A stretch of DNA of 63,999 bases, filler included, from Basidiobolus ranarum (lineage: Eukaryota): NCBI GenBank assembly GCA_040143965.1. It is 4 parts of 4 records of this genome, joined end to end, with 100 filler letters (N's around TTAATTAATTAA, not from the genome) between each part and the next. Parts side by side here need not be neighbours in the genome. Positions count along the whole stretch, not along the records: positions 1 to 16,648 come from JASJQH010000335.1; positions 16,749 to 33,368 come from JASJQH010000336.1; 2 more parts are not named here. One strand, given 5' to 3'. The notes beneath the pieces were generated by a model, which saw only the letters and a list, made by a program, of their open reading frames with translations, searched no databases and was not told where the DNA came from. The translations under genes and the position numbers were made by a program. Positions within the stretch are counted from its first letter, which is position 1; each line of letters opens with the position of its first letter. This document shows, piece after piece, positions 14,846 through 28,462 of the stretch.

Positions 14846-16648
14846 ATGAGCTCGCTAAATACGTCACTGTATGATTTGTCAACTGTTGCTTCGCCTTCAG
14901 AAGACGATATCACTCATATCGTGCAGGAGAATTTTCAACGTGATGGTGTATACTTGAAAATTGGTGCTCACGTACTCATTTCTTTGAACCCTTGTAAAGA
15001 GCTATCCATACACACAAATGCTGAGCTAGAGGAGTACTCCAAAGATTTGAGAAACATCAGGCCCACCTACGGAGACAGACTGCCGCCTCACATATTCCAA
15101 ACGATAAATCATGCTTATTTGAGCATGAGACGTACAGGTTATAATCAATCCATAGTATTCAGGTATTATAAAATCATATTATATGAAAATGATCATCGGA
15201 ACAGCAATTGATATTCTTATCTAGTGGTGAAACAGGCAGTGGTAAATCTACCAGTAAAAACCTTGCACTCCTTGCGTTGGCCAGCATCAGAGAGTCTTCC
15301 AAGAGAGAAACGCACGCTATGAAACTTGTCACTAATGCATCCAAGGTTATGGAGGCATTTGGAAATGCAAAAACCGCCAAGAACCCAAATGCATCTCGTT
15401 TTGGAAGCTATATGGAGATACAATTCAATGAACGAGGCCGCATTCTTGGTGCCAAATTTCTAGAATACCTGCTTGAGAAATCTCGTGTGACAGCAACCCC
15501 TCACGGAGAGCGTAACTTCCACATCTTACATTATCTGCATAATGGTGCCTCTGCCGACGAAAAATCCCATCTTCATTTTCACGAAACTTCAAACTTCACT
15601 TATCTTGCTCAGACCTCTCACGAGGAGATGGATGAGGACATCATGAGATTTGAGCAGATCCGTGAATACATGAAATCCCTTGGACTCAACAAGAAGTACC
15701 AAGGGCAAATATTCCGTTTACTAGCGGGAATCCTTCACCTGGGGAACATTGTATTTGTCGATGCTCACAACAAGAACACTGAAGCATCGTCGGTGAAGAA
15801 CATCGAAACTTTGAACATTGTAGCAGAGTTCTTCGGAGTCGAAGTTGATGCCCTCGAAAACATCCTGACTTACAAGTCACAGATGATAAAGAAAGAAGTA
15901 TGTACCGTCTTTCTGGATGCTAAGCAGGCTGAGGTTCAAAGAGATGATCTGGCGAAAGCCTTGTACTCTCTCCTGTTCAGCTGGATCGTGGAGTTTATCA
16001 ATACCAAATTGTGCCACGAAGAACAAATGAATTTCATAGGATTCGTTGATATGATGGGATTCCAAACCCCTTCGCTTGACTCCTTCACTCAATTCTGCAC
16101 TAATTTCGCTAACGAGCGTCTTCATAGCTTCTTCAACCATCAGATATTCGAACTGAATAACACTGAATATCACGAGCAGGGCATACTTGTTCCTGATACG
16201 GCATATTTCGATAATTCCTCGTGCATTGACCTTTTCATGAAGCCCAAATCTGGACTCATTCCCCTTATGGACAAGCTTGTTAACAAATCTAAAGCCGATA
16301 ATTCTGATCAGGATCTACTAGAGGTTTTCGATCATGCACAGGCAAACCACGACAACTATACCAGTCCTCCTCTTGGAGAATCCCATACCGGATTTACCAT
16401 CCGACATTATGCTGGCAAGGTCAGCTACTCAATCGAGGGATTCATGGAAAAAAATACTGGAACCATCGGAACTGACTTTATTGGGCTCTTCTGCGGTGGT
16501 TCAGACATGAACTCTACCACCAACCCATTTATTGCAGGTCTCTTCTCCAACAAAGCTGTTTCTTATCAATCTCACCCGAGAAATGAGTCTACTATTGTTG
16601 CTGCTCAGCAATCTGCAACTCCTATGCGGAAGCCTTCCATGCATCTTC
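14846..16648 (+). CDS. Myosin-motor-domain chitin synthase (class V/VII, myosin XVII), N-terminal part; truncated by spacer
   Basis: Intron 15163-15224 joins QSIVF-S-GETGSGKS (P-loop). Also present: EAFGNAKT, NASRFG, YLLEKSRV, NFANERL, HYAGKVSY and HPRNESTIVAAQQSATPMRKPSM, typical of the ChsV motor domain. Probable 5'UTR intron at 14741-14822. Confidence 0.85.
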
Positions 16649-16748
16649 NNNNNNNNNNNNNNNNNNNNNNNNNNNNNNNNNNNNNNNNNNNNTTAATTAA
16701 TTAANNNNNNNNNNNNNNNNNNNNNNNNNNNNNNNNNNNNNNNNNNNN
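16649..16748. other. Artificial contig spacer (44 N + TTAATTAATTAA + 44 N)
   Basis: Directly visible. The linker carries stop codons in all six frames. Confidence 0.98.
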
Positions 16749-17917
16749 ACTTAACTTTTCTGCTTTGCAACATTCATACCAATACTCCTGATCTCCATAC
16801 ATTAGTTAAGAAACTACAAAAGTAGTTATGGCTTCTTTGTTTTGTTTGAAATAAAGATTTCACCTGTTGGTGACTGTCTCCCCCCTAACCCATTGTTTTT
16901 TTTGCCTCTTCTAAGCACTCTCTTCAGTGCACCAAACAGGCAAGCCCTCTTATAAAGAAGTACTTATCCATCTCTCACCTGACTTACTATAGTAGTATGA
17001 ATATTGCCCCTCTCTATATGCTGTACATGAATCAGTGATGTAGGGCAATTGCATATTTTCATTGCAAATGCATTAAATGATTAGGAAACGACCACCAGTT
17101 ATACAAAATTATCATTTAAATATCTGAAGAATCTGAACCTATCATCACAAATCGAAAATAGGTTCCACACATAAATTGTACAAGATGAAAATATTTGACT
17201 CCGGATATATTTGTTCATGGTAGCAAATAATCTGGCGTATGACATCAGATATCTGGGTGGCATTCCAATTTAAATGCATCACAGCTCGTGCCACCTTTAT
17301 GAAGACTGTCATTCATAAATCAGATTAAATAGTGTTACCCACATTTGATTATAGAATTAACAGTTTTGCAGAGAATATGGTTATATCTACATCACAATCA
17401 AGATAACCGTCTATTGGAGAACTGTAAACGCATGGCCTTAACGGGCGAAATGAGTCATATTTACTGCAGGAGAATGAGCTTAACTTATCGCACAGACTGC
17501 TTTCAAATGATCTAAGGGGTAATTAAGGTATTCTTTACCTCTGAAAACGCTCCACAGCACAACAATGACAAATATAAGTTACTCTTTATAAAATAAACGG
17601 AAACTTATTTCGATTTATATGAATGCTGTACAAAGGGAATGGGGCTTCATTAACAAAACGAACTAACTAGTATTAGCTACGCTTGATATAATAACATAGT
17701 TGATAGTTTATCACCAAAAGGTCATTAGCAGGTGATAACTTCGCTGGAAACATAATATAGCGGGTTGGTACGATTCATATAGTAGCGCTTTCGTCTTTCT
17801 CTGACTCAAGGGTATTGATTTGAAAGAGTTCGTTCAGTCCAAATGACTTGCACGACTAAATGCTGTAGACTTCTCTGTTGAAGGAGATAAAGATCGGTCA
17901 ATCTCCTACTCTCACCT

Positions 17918-18954
17918 TCAACTCAAGCTAGTCTCAGCGAAATACTCTGTATGAACGGCTGTTTGAGGGGAGGCAAGTTTTTCAAAGACGTATTGACCCC
18001 GTAAATCCATATATTGATCGGTGTTGGTGACAATTCTTAAGCCGTTGTTTTCTCGATTGACTGGCACGCGCATTCTAATTGAGGATTTCTCTTCACCGCT
18101 GCAGGATTTTCCTTTCGGACAAAGTATGTTCCACTTTCGAAAATAACGTAGTTCATACATCTCCCACACTATAGTCTCAAAGATCTCCATGGAGAACTCA
18201 ATCAAAGAAAGCAATGTTTGGTACGAATTCTCAGTATCAATGGTACACCAATGATTCAGCGTGTTCTGCCTTGATTCAAAGCAACTCCGAAGCTTGGAGA
18301 CGGTCATTCGCTGGTGAGCATGCTCCTCTTCACACATCATGAAATATTGCAACAAAAAATGCTTGAAATATCTCTCGCTCCACTTCAAACGTAAGCTCAG
18401 TTGCCTGACTGTGTTCATGATTGCTCTCGGCTCCCAGTTGTTCGTCAAATGCTTCACGAACTTTGCCGTTTTACTTGCTCTTTCTCCAATCACCAGAGTG
18501 ATGACCAAATCCAAAACATTCGAAGAAGACCAGTCCTGAGTAACTTCAGTGACCATTGAAGCAAAGCCGAGGTGTCCAATGCCCCAATGGTAGAACAGCT
18601 TTATAAGAAGTTCAGCAGTGTGTTGAATCGACCATCCATTGACCAGCCATCGGATCACTGACGGAATGGATTGTGAGGGAGTATCCGAAACGTCTACAAT
18701 CAACCTCTGTAGATAATATGCAATATAGTCCACATTACGCTCATTCCGGATCCAGCTGTAGAATTGAGTGTTGTATTTACTGTCCATGTCTAGAAATGAA
18801 GTTATCTATCGTTAGTACTCACTTTCGTTCTTTCCCAACAGATCATTTGGACAAGCTTACCTTTCATGGTCCTCTCCACCTCAGTGATGTTGGTATGAGG
18901 TTTTGGTTCCGGCTCTATGGAGGGAAATTGGGTGGCATTTAGGTGTTTGTTCAT
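17918..18954 (-). CDS. Hypothetical helical protein (~320 aa, two exons)
   Basis: Exon 1 18954-18861 (MNKHLNATQF...ERTMK), intron 18790-18860 (GTAAGC...TCTAG), joining in frame to the 289-aa ORF 17918-18787. Confidence 0.7.
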
Positions 18955-21900
18955 GCCTGGGGTGCAGGAAATGGGGGATTCAAGTACACGGAAAGGTCGA
19001 GACGAAGTAGTTCACTACTGACTAGGCTGTACTGTACGCAAAGGACTAAGTGAGCGAGCGCAGGCACTGGGGATACTTGTGTAGAAACTATATGGGGAAT
19101 CCTAGAGTGATGGTATGTGAAATCAATAGGAGGCTTGATATTTGGACCGAGTTCACACAAATCTGCAGATTTCAATTCAGGAGACTGGAGTTAGGAGAAG
19201 ACAATTATCAAAGGCTCAAGGGAATGGAGCCAGGACAGTTGGTTTTTATATTGGTTGGTGGAAATGGTGATGCCACTACTCCTCCATTTGTAATTATGAC
19301 ACGACTTTGAACAACAATTAAATAATCTACTTCTGACACCATTGCTATTTCCCTTAAGCCAACCGGTAGATTATTTATGTATGAATGATTTTGGATTCAT
19401 GAGGAACTCCATTTTGCCAAATTGGTTGAGCTTGATCCCAGTCGACCCAATAAGGAAGGAGTTTGATTGTGATTGATTTCTACTAGAATCTCGATTGGGA
19501 ATCCCATTGTAGTTTCACACTCTCGATTTCTCTTAATGCGGAGCAAACCTAAAAATACTTGTGATAATGGGGTGAGCAGTGGTGGCAAATGTGCAGTTTC
19601 CAAGTCCCATTGCTAGACACTTGGTGGCAGTAGCCGCTGGGAGACAACAGAACCTATGTCTCAGAGACACCCTCGGCAGTAGTACGAGGTATCTATGACC
19701 TTGGCCATTTATCTGCTCACTAACAGGATAGCTGTCCACATAACCAGCCGCTCACGTTACCTCTGTGAAACATGAACACTGGTCTTAGAATGGAATCAAC
19801 TAGCAGCAATGAAAGCCGACGAGGACTTCTATGAAACTCTATTCGCAGTGGCAATGCGAATCAGAAGGGAAGTAGCATTATAAATGATCTTTCATCTTGG
19901 GAGACTGCTCATTGACACCCAAACTTCAATCACTTATGGGGGTAAGTTGACTTCATCGACACGCCTTACCCCGCACTTCTTAAAGTATCCAGATCCGAAG
20001 GACGCACCAATGTCGTTGAGAGTTGTCGATTGGGTGGGGCAGAGAACCTCGACATCCTCACTCAATTGGCACAAAGTCATCACGTTACGCAATTCCACTA
20101 GTATCGAGCTATCATGGAGGATTCCATTTCCTTCAATCAACCCTTTGATGCTCTCAAGTATGAGGTGGGACAATGGGAGGCAATCATCTGACTGTTTCTA
20201 TTTGTATATGCTTAAACTCTTTGGCACCAAACAGGATGTCTGATGTCGGGTTTCGATAATGTTGACGTCTATTGATCAAGTCGCATCTCTAGTTATGGCC
20301 GTTCACAAATAGGCGTGCTTGAGCGATAATTGCTACCAGTCTTCGCAGAGCTTTAAGTAATAATTTCAATCTCCATTTTCGTTTGATATGAACTCTACTT
20401 GAGTGCAGATGTCGTAAGTATAGTAGTGGCCTGCTATGTACATCACCAGGAGGTTCACATGGCGAGCCAATGAGCAATAATGAGAGCCGGATTTCAGCGT
20501 ATTATCCAGTTGGCGGGTATTCTAATGTGAACTCAAGATCTCATATCAAAATAGGATTACAAAATAATCCAGCGTGAATATCTCACTACTGGCCAAATGA
20601 ATGCTGTATTGTTATCCATCTTTAAACTTCGATTTGTGGTGTTAGATCTGTGAAGCCTTTGATCTACTGATCTTGGTGATGCCTATTACCTTCCAAATCC
20701 GTGAACGTCACTTAATATGGCAGTAAGGTAATGCAATAACGTACGAAATGTGCTTACAAGAGTGTGATAGGCAATGGTAGATGCTGAATGGTCAACACTA
20801 ATACCATATTCTTTTGTAGCAGGAATAATATTACCGGTTTAGGAGGACTAGGCTACTGCTATCTTGATGGTTCTTCTCCGGTGCAACAGTCTTCTTATGG
20901 TAAGGGAGTAATTCACAGAAACTGGGAATTCATCACATCGATTTGATAGAGATTTGGATATTTAAGAGGGTTAAGACCTTGCCAAGCATGTCACTCATCT
21001 TCACTGCTGGTACAAGTTTGGCCAATGCTAACCAAAGCTACTATAGAGGCGTCTTGGTAACCAAGTATTATCCTATGTATGTCAGAGTGGTTAAAGATTC
21101 AAGTATCGCATAACAGAAGCAGGTCTGACTAAGACCAAGGCTAGAATATCGATAAAAGCATCAATCTACTTGACATGTTTTCAAGAGTAATTGACTCTGT
21201 ATGGTCATATCAGTGACGAATAGAAGCACATTTCTGTTCTGGAAGAGTAATAGGTTTAGCAACTTACCCCTAGCCATGTAGTACTTATCTAATGTATATT
21301 GGAATTTATTTACCTGACGTAGCGCTTTTACTATTTAGGACAAACGTTCAAACTTTAGATTAAAATCTGATCCACATATTACCGTTCTGGTCACACTATA
21401 TCATTATGTAGATGTCATTTATTTGATCAACAAATATAATTCACTCTCCCCATCTTCTTTGTGAATATAGCTGTATATTAGAGATGAAATACATTCTGTT
21501 GACACATCACAGTTGATATTTTGCTGGGCAGCGCAGTGCAGTTAATTCAAGGGTTTTGAAAATGAATGTAAGCGCTGCCTAGACAGTTTGACTCATACTC
21601 GTTCGAGGCACTTGGCAGAGTCTGGTTGCTTGGGTAGGTGAGAGATGCCTCGGTACAGCTACTGCGTATCTCTTCGAAGTTGCAATGAATATATTTCGCT
21701 TTGAGTATGTTTTACTTGAAAATTCAATTATTTTGCCTGGCTACGTCTTATTAGGCTCGATGATAACATGTTATTGCTTAAGGTAGATAAATTCTCTGTC
21801 CATAAACTTTTAAGCAATCACAATTCCTGTTACAACTTACTTGACCAGTGCTACAGTTGTTTTTGATAGAATCTTAGCTACAGCAGTGATCTGTTCTATT

Positions 21901-24900
21901 GTAAATTGATGCGTACAAACTACATATAACCATTGCTGCTTTGGTCGATTTGCATTCGTCAAGAGTAGCTTATCATTATAGAGTGAAGGAAGGCAAATGC
22001 TCTATTCTAACCTCCAACTCCCACTATCTCTTACAACAATGCTATTGTATTGAGTTCAAATAAAGGACCTCCGACTCATCAATCTGCCATGTGTGGAGTA
22101 TAACTTAATGTACATCTGCAACTCAAAAATCTTCGAACAGTAGGTGCAATTGAAATACTTTGCAACGGTCTACCAAAATGGCTTAAGTAGCCATATGTAC
22201 TAGCAAGTATACCATTTGTATGTAATCATTATATAACATGGTTTTCTCGTTGAGCTAGAATTGAATATTCAGAAATTATTCATTACATTAAGCATGATTC
22301 AAACCATTGGTTTGATCATCGAACCGCGCTGATTTAAATTATCCCATTTCAACAATCGATGTTTTTGATTCAATAAAATACACTTCAGTAGATAACCGAA
22401 TTCTCAGTAATACTAGCATAACTACTAGTGGATAACTCTCCTTTGGGTATACTGACAAGGAATACATTACAGGGGGGACCTCTGGTTGTAAATATTAGGA
22501 TATCACTTGCAATTATACAGGTTACAGTGACTGTTAGAATGCGTTTTTAAAGTTCCTGGAAATGAGATACAGAACCATGGTCAAATTTGCTTAAAGTTCA
22601 ATCAAAGAAGAATAATGAACTAGTATTTTAATATACTGTTACATTACTCAGTACGTTCGTTTTACTGCTATAGTAATAGAACTTGAATGATTGTTCGATG
22701 ATGCTAGTCCTATATCTATACTATGCTTCAATTGAATAAAATCTGGAAGCTACGTTTGTTGTCACATTAATATTGCTCCTCTAGATCGATTTCAAGAGCA
22801 TCCAGAGGGGATTCATATATATTTATACTACCTTTAAAGCTCGATGGTGCTACATTCTTAATATAGATTTTCACTGTGGAATGAACAAGATTTATCGGAT
22901 ATTTACATGCAATACCTATCATTTGGTGTCACTCTGAAGTGCATTGTTCTCTAGCGTCCTCAAGCTATTAAGCAGCAAGTATATTATATGCATTATACTT
23001 GCGATTGTTCAAGAGAGTTGAAACTGGTTTGAGGGTTAGGTTTAGGATGAATGTCCCCGTATTCTATTGCATTGCGACTATATTATAGGGTAACATGGAA
23101 AACAAGAAGCACTGACGGAAAAGAAAGATAATAGGCATGTGTAGAGGTCAATCGGAAACATACTATATCAGTAGTGCTGTGAAGCTATCAGAGGTGTCCT
23201 TGATAATGTTATATGGAGCATTGCGTGAAGATGATGCAATCTGTATGGACTAGGATACAGCTGACGTTTGTATACATTTGTATCTCACCCAGCACTTCTG
23301 GGTGGAAATAGAAACCAAATAGTGATTGGTTGCAAATCCTCCAACGAGCTTGAACGGAGCCTATAACTATACTTCATAAACAGGGCTCACTGCTACCTAT
23401 CTTAGAATTTAGATAGAATCAGACGGTAGTAACTACTATCTGTAACAGTAAATATCTGAGGATGGCGACACTCCTGAACTATAGCTCTCATCTGTGCTTT
23501 CCGAGAGACAGAACGCTGATGCAGGTGTGCATACATAGAAGCTCATTCTATATGGAAATCTCAACCTCGTTGACATAATAGTATATAACCTCAAACCTTC
23601 ATCTGCATGAACTATTAATATGTGGCCAACGCTTTAAGCAATACAGTGCAGCTCCGTTATAACTCAGCAACGATCATTTAGATGTTTTCTTGTCCAGCCT
23701 CTTACTATTGAAGGATTCCCAGAAACCTGAGTTAGCGAATGTATCATATCTTCGCTCAAAATCCAGTGTAAATTGGACTGTTAAACATTGATTGCTTCCC
23801 GTTACTGCTCTTGATGCATAATTATCTCCTTGGCCTTGGGATGAATTTGAAATATAATTATGATCAACCTCTATGATGGAAATCCTGAATTTGCATTCCA
23901 ATTGTAATTTATCTTACCAAAACGCATGCCATAGACTCAATCATAATTAGTTGAAATAGTATTTCCCATCAGAATGGCCATGTATTTCTCCCTCCAATTC
24001 CTAGAATAATTGCAAGGTTAAAGCACACAGGACAAGTAGAATCAACAAAAGTACGCTGACATTGTCTGATTGAGAGGAGTTTGATATATATGCCCGCCCT
24101 ACCTTCTTTCTTCTTCCCCTCTTACATTCCTGAAAGTAATGGTTGTGCGACTAATACTATACGTTCTGCATTTTTTCCTTGTGCCTGAATCCCAATCGAA
24201 GTAATTGATCACCCCTAACCCCACCATAGCGATTAATACTTGCATTGTACAGTGTTCGTTCTATATTGAGGACAGACTATTTCGAGAGAGATACTAATGT
24301 GTATACTATATAACCTAATTGGGGATTTTGTTAATATTGGGTTATAGTGATGGGAATGAAATGATTGACTATGGTGTGTGATGACTATAAACGCGGAGAT
24401 AAACCCGAGCTAAGGAAAGATGAGCGATGGGCCTACTGTGATTTTGTACTTGGATAGTTTAATTGTAGTCAGTAAATAATACATATTCGATAGGGTTAAT
24501 TGTGCATTGTAATGCTTATAACCATGTTTATCAGCTGGATATTCAGACCAGATGGATCACCAAATATCGAATAATCCCATTTGGGCCTAATGAATATGGT
24601 CTTGATAATGGCTTTTGAGATTGAATAGTTGTTAACTTTCAATTCAAGCCATCCAGAGATACTGTTTTGCAATAACAGTAATACGATGACCAGTGGGACG
24701 TAAGTGCTCTCATGTTGAACGATGCATCTGAGAAATATTCTCTAGGGAGCTTGAACTTGATTTACGCCTCAAGACTGTAGGAAGTCAATAGCTTCTGTCT
24801 TACTAGGTATATTCCAATCACCTGGAGAGATGTCTGAACCACGTGGTAGTGACAAAAGACCCAGTTGCATATAATATTATGATTACCTTGGAAAGTGAGG

Positions 24901-25749
24901 GACTGCTGAAAACTTCTCATTCAAGCCATCATAGAACGCAGTACCAACCCTTTGGCTCCTAAGTAGTCAAAGTGATAATAAGCCGTCGATGAGCTAAAGC
25001 TTTGGGTCTTAAAATTTGAGCAAAACCCTGCCTCCTCTTTATAGTCATTGCAAATAAGTATAAATGTACAGCCACGAGGGAGCGGTATTTTGCAATGTTG
25101 CTTGATATTTATTAGCAAATTGTCGCACTAACTACCGTATATCCTAACTTGAGTACTCTGAGCTGTTCAAACATCGTCTACCCCACATATCAGTCACCCA
25201 ATATGTAGCTTCCATTTCAATCTGACTGATTGTATCCATGCATGTATATACACATTAGCGCAGATGTTGCATTAGATATTTATAGCACGACCATGCTAAC
25301 TGACGTAAAGTAATTACTGACAGCTTGGAAATATTAAGCCTCTCTTTTGTTCCATCCATACAGTGAAAAATCAAGCATCATAAAAGAAGCGAAACTGCAT
25401 TTAACTGCATTAATTAGGGAGAAAAGGTCCCCATTGTGGATATAGCTGAATTATCAACTTCAGCTCACATCCATTATGATTCATTGTCAACATACGATTT
25501 TGGCTTTGAGAAGAATTGTGTGCATTGGGAATAAAACCGGGAGGTCATGCTTCTCTTAAGGAGAGACCTACCCTTCTTGACACTTTATAAAAGTGATATC
25601 CGTAACTTCAAAGTGGTTACTACTGGATCACTTGAGCTTGTCTTCTCGATCATTACTGTACATTGCGTTTTATACATTAGAGCCGCCTCCACTCTACCAC
25701 CCCATCACAATATCCACTCCAATATTCCTCTGATCGTTGGAAGTTATCC

Positions 25750-27385
25750 ATGAGTAGTGATACCCCCACCTTCGATGTCAAAAAAATCATCTGGACCTCT
25801 GCTAAGCCTATTATCAAAATCATCCTCAATGTTTGTTAGTATTCCTAGCGCAGCTTAACACTACCACTCCTCCACACATCAACTAACCAGGAATTTACAA
25901 TCCCCAGTCGCCGGGTTTGTTTTAGCTAAAATCGGTTTCATAACCCCAGCCATAGCGAAATCCTTTTCAAAGGTACTGCGCTATGTTGTTTCAATTTTTG
26001 AGGTGAGACACACTAAGGAGTATCCTTATTTCTTCTCTAGATCATAGTCAACTATATACTACCATGCTTACTTTTCGTTAACATGGTGGAGAGCGTTCGT
26101 ACAGATTACTTCCATCAATTTGGGTATTTCAGATTTTACAAATGGGTCCAAGTAGTCTCGTATGTCACCTAAGCAATGCCCTAACCTTTGTCTTGTATGG
26201 ATTTAGCATTATGACCATCATGGTATTCTTTTACATGTTTCTTGGGGGGATATTTGGCTTCTTGTTTCGAATATTTGCCACTTTACCACAAAACTTTCGC
26301 AATGGAATCATAGGTAAAATTTCTTTAGCATATTGCTCTGCGCTATTCCAGCATATCTAAGATAATTTTCTTCTTAACCCACTAGCGGCCGCAATCTGGG
26401 GAAATTGGGTAAGTACATGTAACCAGTTGGTTGATTTGAGGTATATTGCTTTTATTTACGCTTTGAACAGGGGGACATCCCGCTAGCCGTCATGATTTCA
26501 TTAGGAGATTCGCCGCCATTTCGTCCTGGAGATCGAAGTCGAGGAATTGCATATCAATCAGTTTTTCTTATTTTATTCAACGTAACACTGTTCATCATGG
26601 GTGGATTTAAATTAATTCAGAGTGACTACTCTAAACTCAGTCAACATGAGACAGTCCTAAGTCAGGCAGTTGTTGAAGAAGGAGTAGCAGCTGAATGTAG
26701 TGAAGTATCAGCAATTGAATACGATACAGTTCAATGTTCTACTTCAACCTCAGAGTGCGATGGGGCAATTACCATCACAAAGGAGCGTAATTACGTCGAA
26801 GTCGAGGTTAAGACTGCCCTTTCAAGTTGGACCATATTTCAGAAAAGAGCAACCGGGTTATTGGGTCTCATCTTTGCTCCACCTAATCTGGCAGTTATCT
26901 TGGGGATTTTCGTGGCTATATTTCCAGCTCTCAAGGCGCTATTCGTAAAGACTACACATCCAGCCCCAGAACCGGTGTTGGAGTTTTTATTTTCATATAT
27001 TTATTCAGTTGGCGCAGCGTATGTCCCATTGGCATTAGCTAATCTAGGAGCTGCTTTGGCTCGAATGGATTTCAAGGCCATATCCTTCCGGGTTTCATTT
27101 TTATTTGCTTTTGTTAAACTAATAGTGACACCAGCCATTGGAATCTCCTTCGTCTTGTTTCTAGTGAAAGTAGCAAAGATAATCGACCCTGAGGATAAGC
27201 CACTAATATTCCTGGCCATGTTTGCATCCTGTGTACCAACGGCCACTACAGTCATGATCCTAACACAGTTCTACAGCCCCACAGGGGAGGCCAAGGAGAT
27301 AGCTTCAATGCTGATAATTCAATATCTACTTGGCATCTTTACATTGATCGGCTCCATGATACTCATTCTTTTCTTGCTATTCTGA
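25750..27385 (+). CDS. Auxin efflux carrier family (PILS/ECM3-like) membrane transporter, multi-exon
   Basis: MSSDTPTFDVKKIIWTSAKPIIKI start, then LPCLLF, NWGDIPL, GIAYQSVF, GAAYVPLALANLGAAL, KLIVTPAIG and CVPTAT, with several short introns. Confidence 0.88.
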
Positions 27386-27579
27386 CGATTTGCAGGCTCC
27401 CACCTAAGCCTGCGCTAAGATAGAGAAATAACGGATCACGTGACGCACATTTTGAGTGTTCGATAAAGCCTGTGCGAAATGATCAGATTTTTCTGGTACT
27501 GTCAGGTCGCACTTGTAGGAAGTGATTGCAAATATGCTGTCACTAGAAGGGATTTACGAAGAGTACTACTACCTGCATT

Positions 27580-28190
27580 ATGTATACGCCTTGAAAATAA
27601 AACATAAAACTGAATTTACCTGAAACTAAGGTCTGCAAAAGGTTGCGCTTGCTTGCTAAGCTTTCAAAAGTACAGATGTGTCCGGACCGCTTCCATAGTT
27701 GGAGCTGTTCCCACCAGCCTGTATTAGTCCACATTATACGAGGGCAACTCTTTTCAGAATATCCCACTAGATGGCCATCTATTTGATGGAGATTTCGTGC
27801 GCCCATCTACAGTGCATGATTCGAAAGACAGCTCTGATGCCGTGACATTTGCAGCAAGTGTATTTCTTCAGCGTGCACAAAATCATCGCTATCAAACGTT
27901 CCACCATTGCCGTATCGAGTACTGACTTCATATGCATCAAACACACCCTATCACAGCGTCGGGCTGGTGAGTGGTGCACTCTTAGATGGTATTTCCATAT
28001 ATGTCAGCATTGTTGATTCTTCATTGCCATTAGAGGTCATGTGTTTTACTCTTCCGAATGGCACGATAATCGCTGGCAAAATATCTTGCCATCTGACTGA
28101 ACTATTCGGCTCAGTGAGAGAACTGAAGTAAATCGTGAGCTGCGGCATATCCACTCCGTCTAAGATTTGCTCATTCATCATACCCCACTC
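27580..28190 (-). pseudogene. Decayed dual-specificity phosphatase (Yvh1/DUSP-like) remnant
   Basis: Ordered fragments MNEQILDG..IYFSSL, YMEIP, frameshifted catalytic loop MHC/(x)MGARN, LVGY and PRIMWTNTGWWEQLQLWK (cf. PNxGFxxQLxxW). Confidence 0.45.
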
Positions 28191-28462
28191 CATGAGTGTG
28201 CGTCAGCTGATTCCTATTTCGGTGACTTTTCTTGATCCGGTCCAAAAAAGGGCACATTCTCCTTCAGTATGAGCGTGTTACCCAAAACGACATTTTGGGT
28301 CAAATCATAGACATTAATTATGAAATATTCACGCAGTGATACTGATTTTCCCATCTTTATCCATCTGAATTCAAATCCCCAGGTCTTATAAAAGACTCTT
28401 AATCAATCTGGCCATATTAGCGGTTTCTTTTTGGGCTCTCCAAGCTTAATTCAGTCTTTAAT

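Noticed and set aside
16693-16704. Palindromic TTAATTAATTAA occurring three times at regular spacing
   Set aside because: Artificial linker inside N runs, not biological.
22784-22798. 15-nt exact match GATCGATTTCAAGAG, also at about 47988
   Set aside because: A 15-mer match is expected by chance in 64 kb, and the flanks do not extend.
23031-23046. Telomere-like GGGTTAGGTTTAGG (similar 1-2 unit matches near 16883, 24213 and 32251)
   Set aside because: Only one or two imperfect units, expected by chance.
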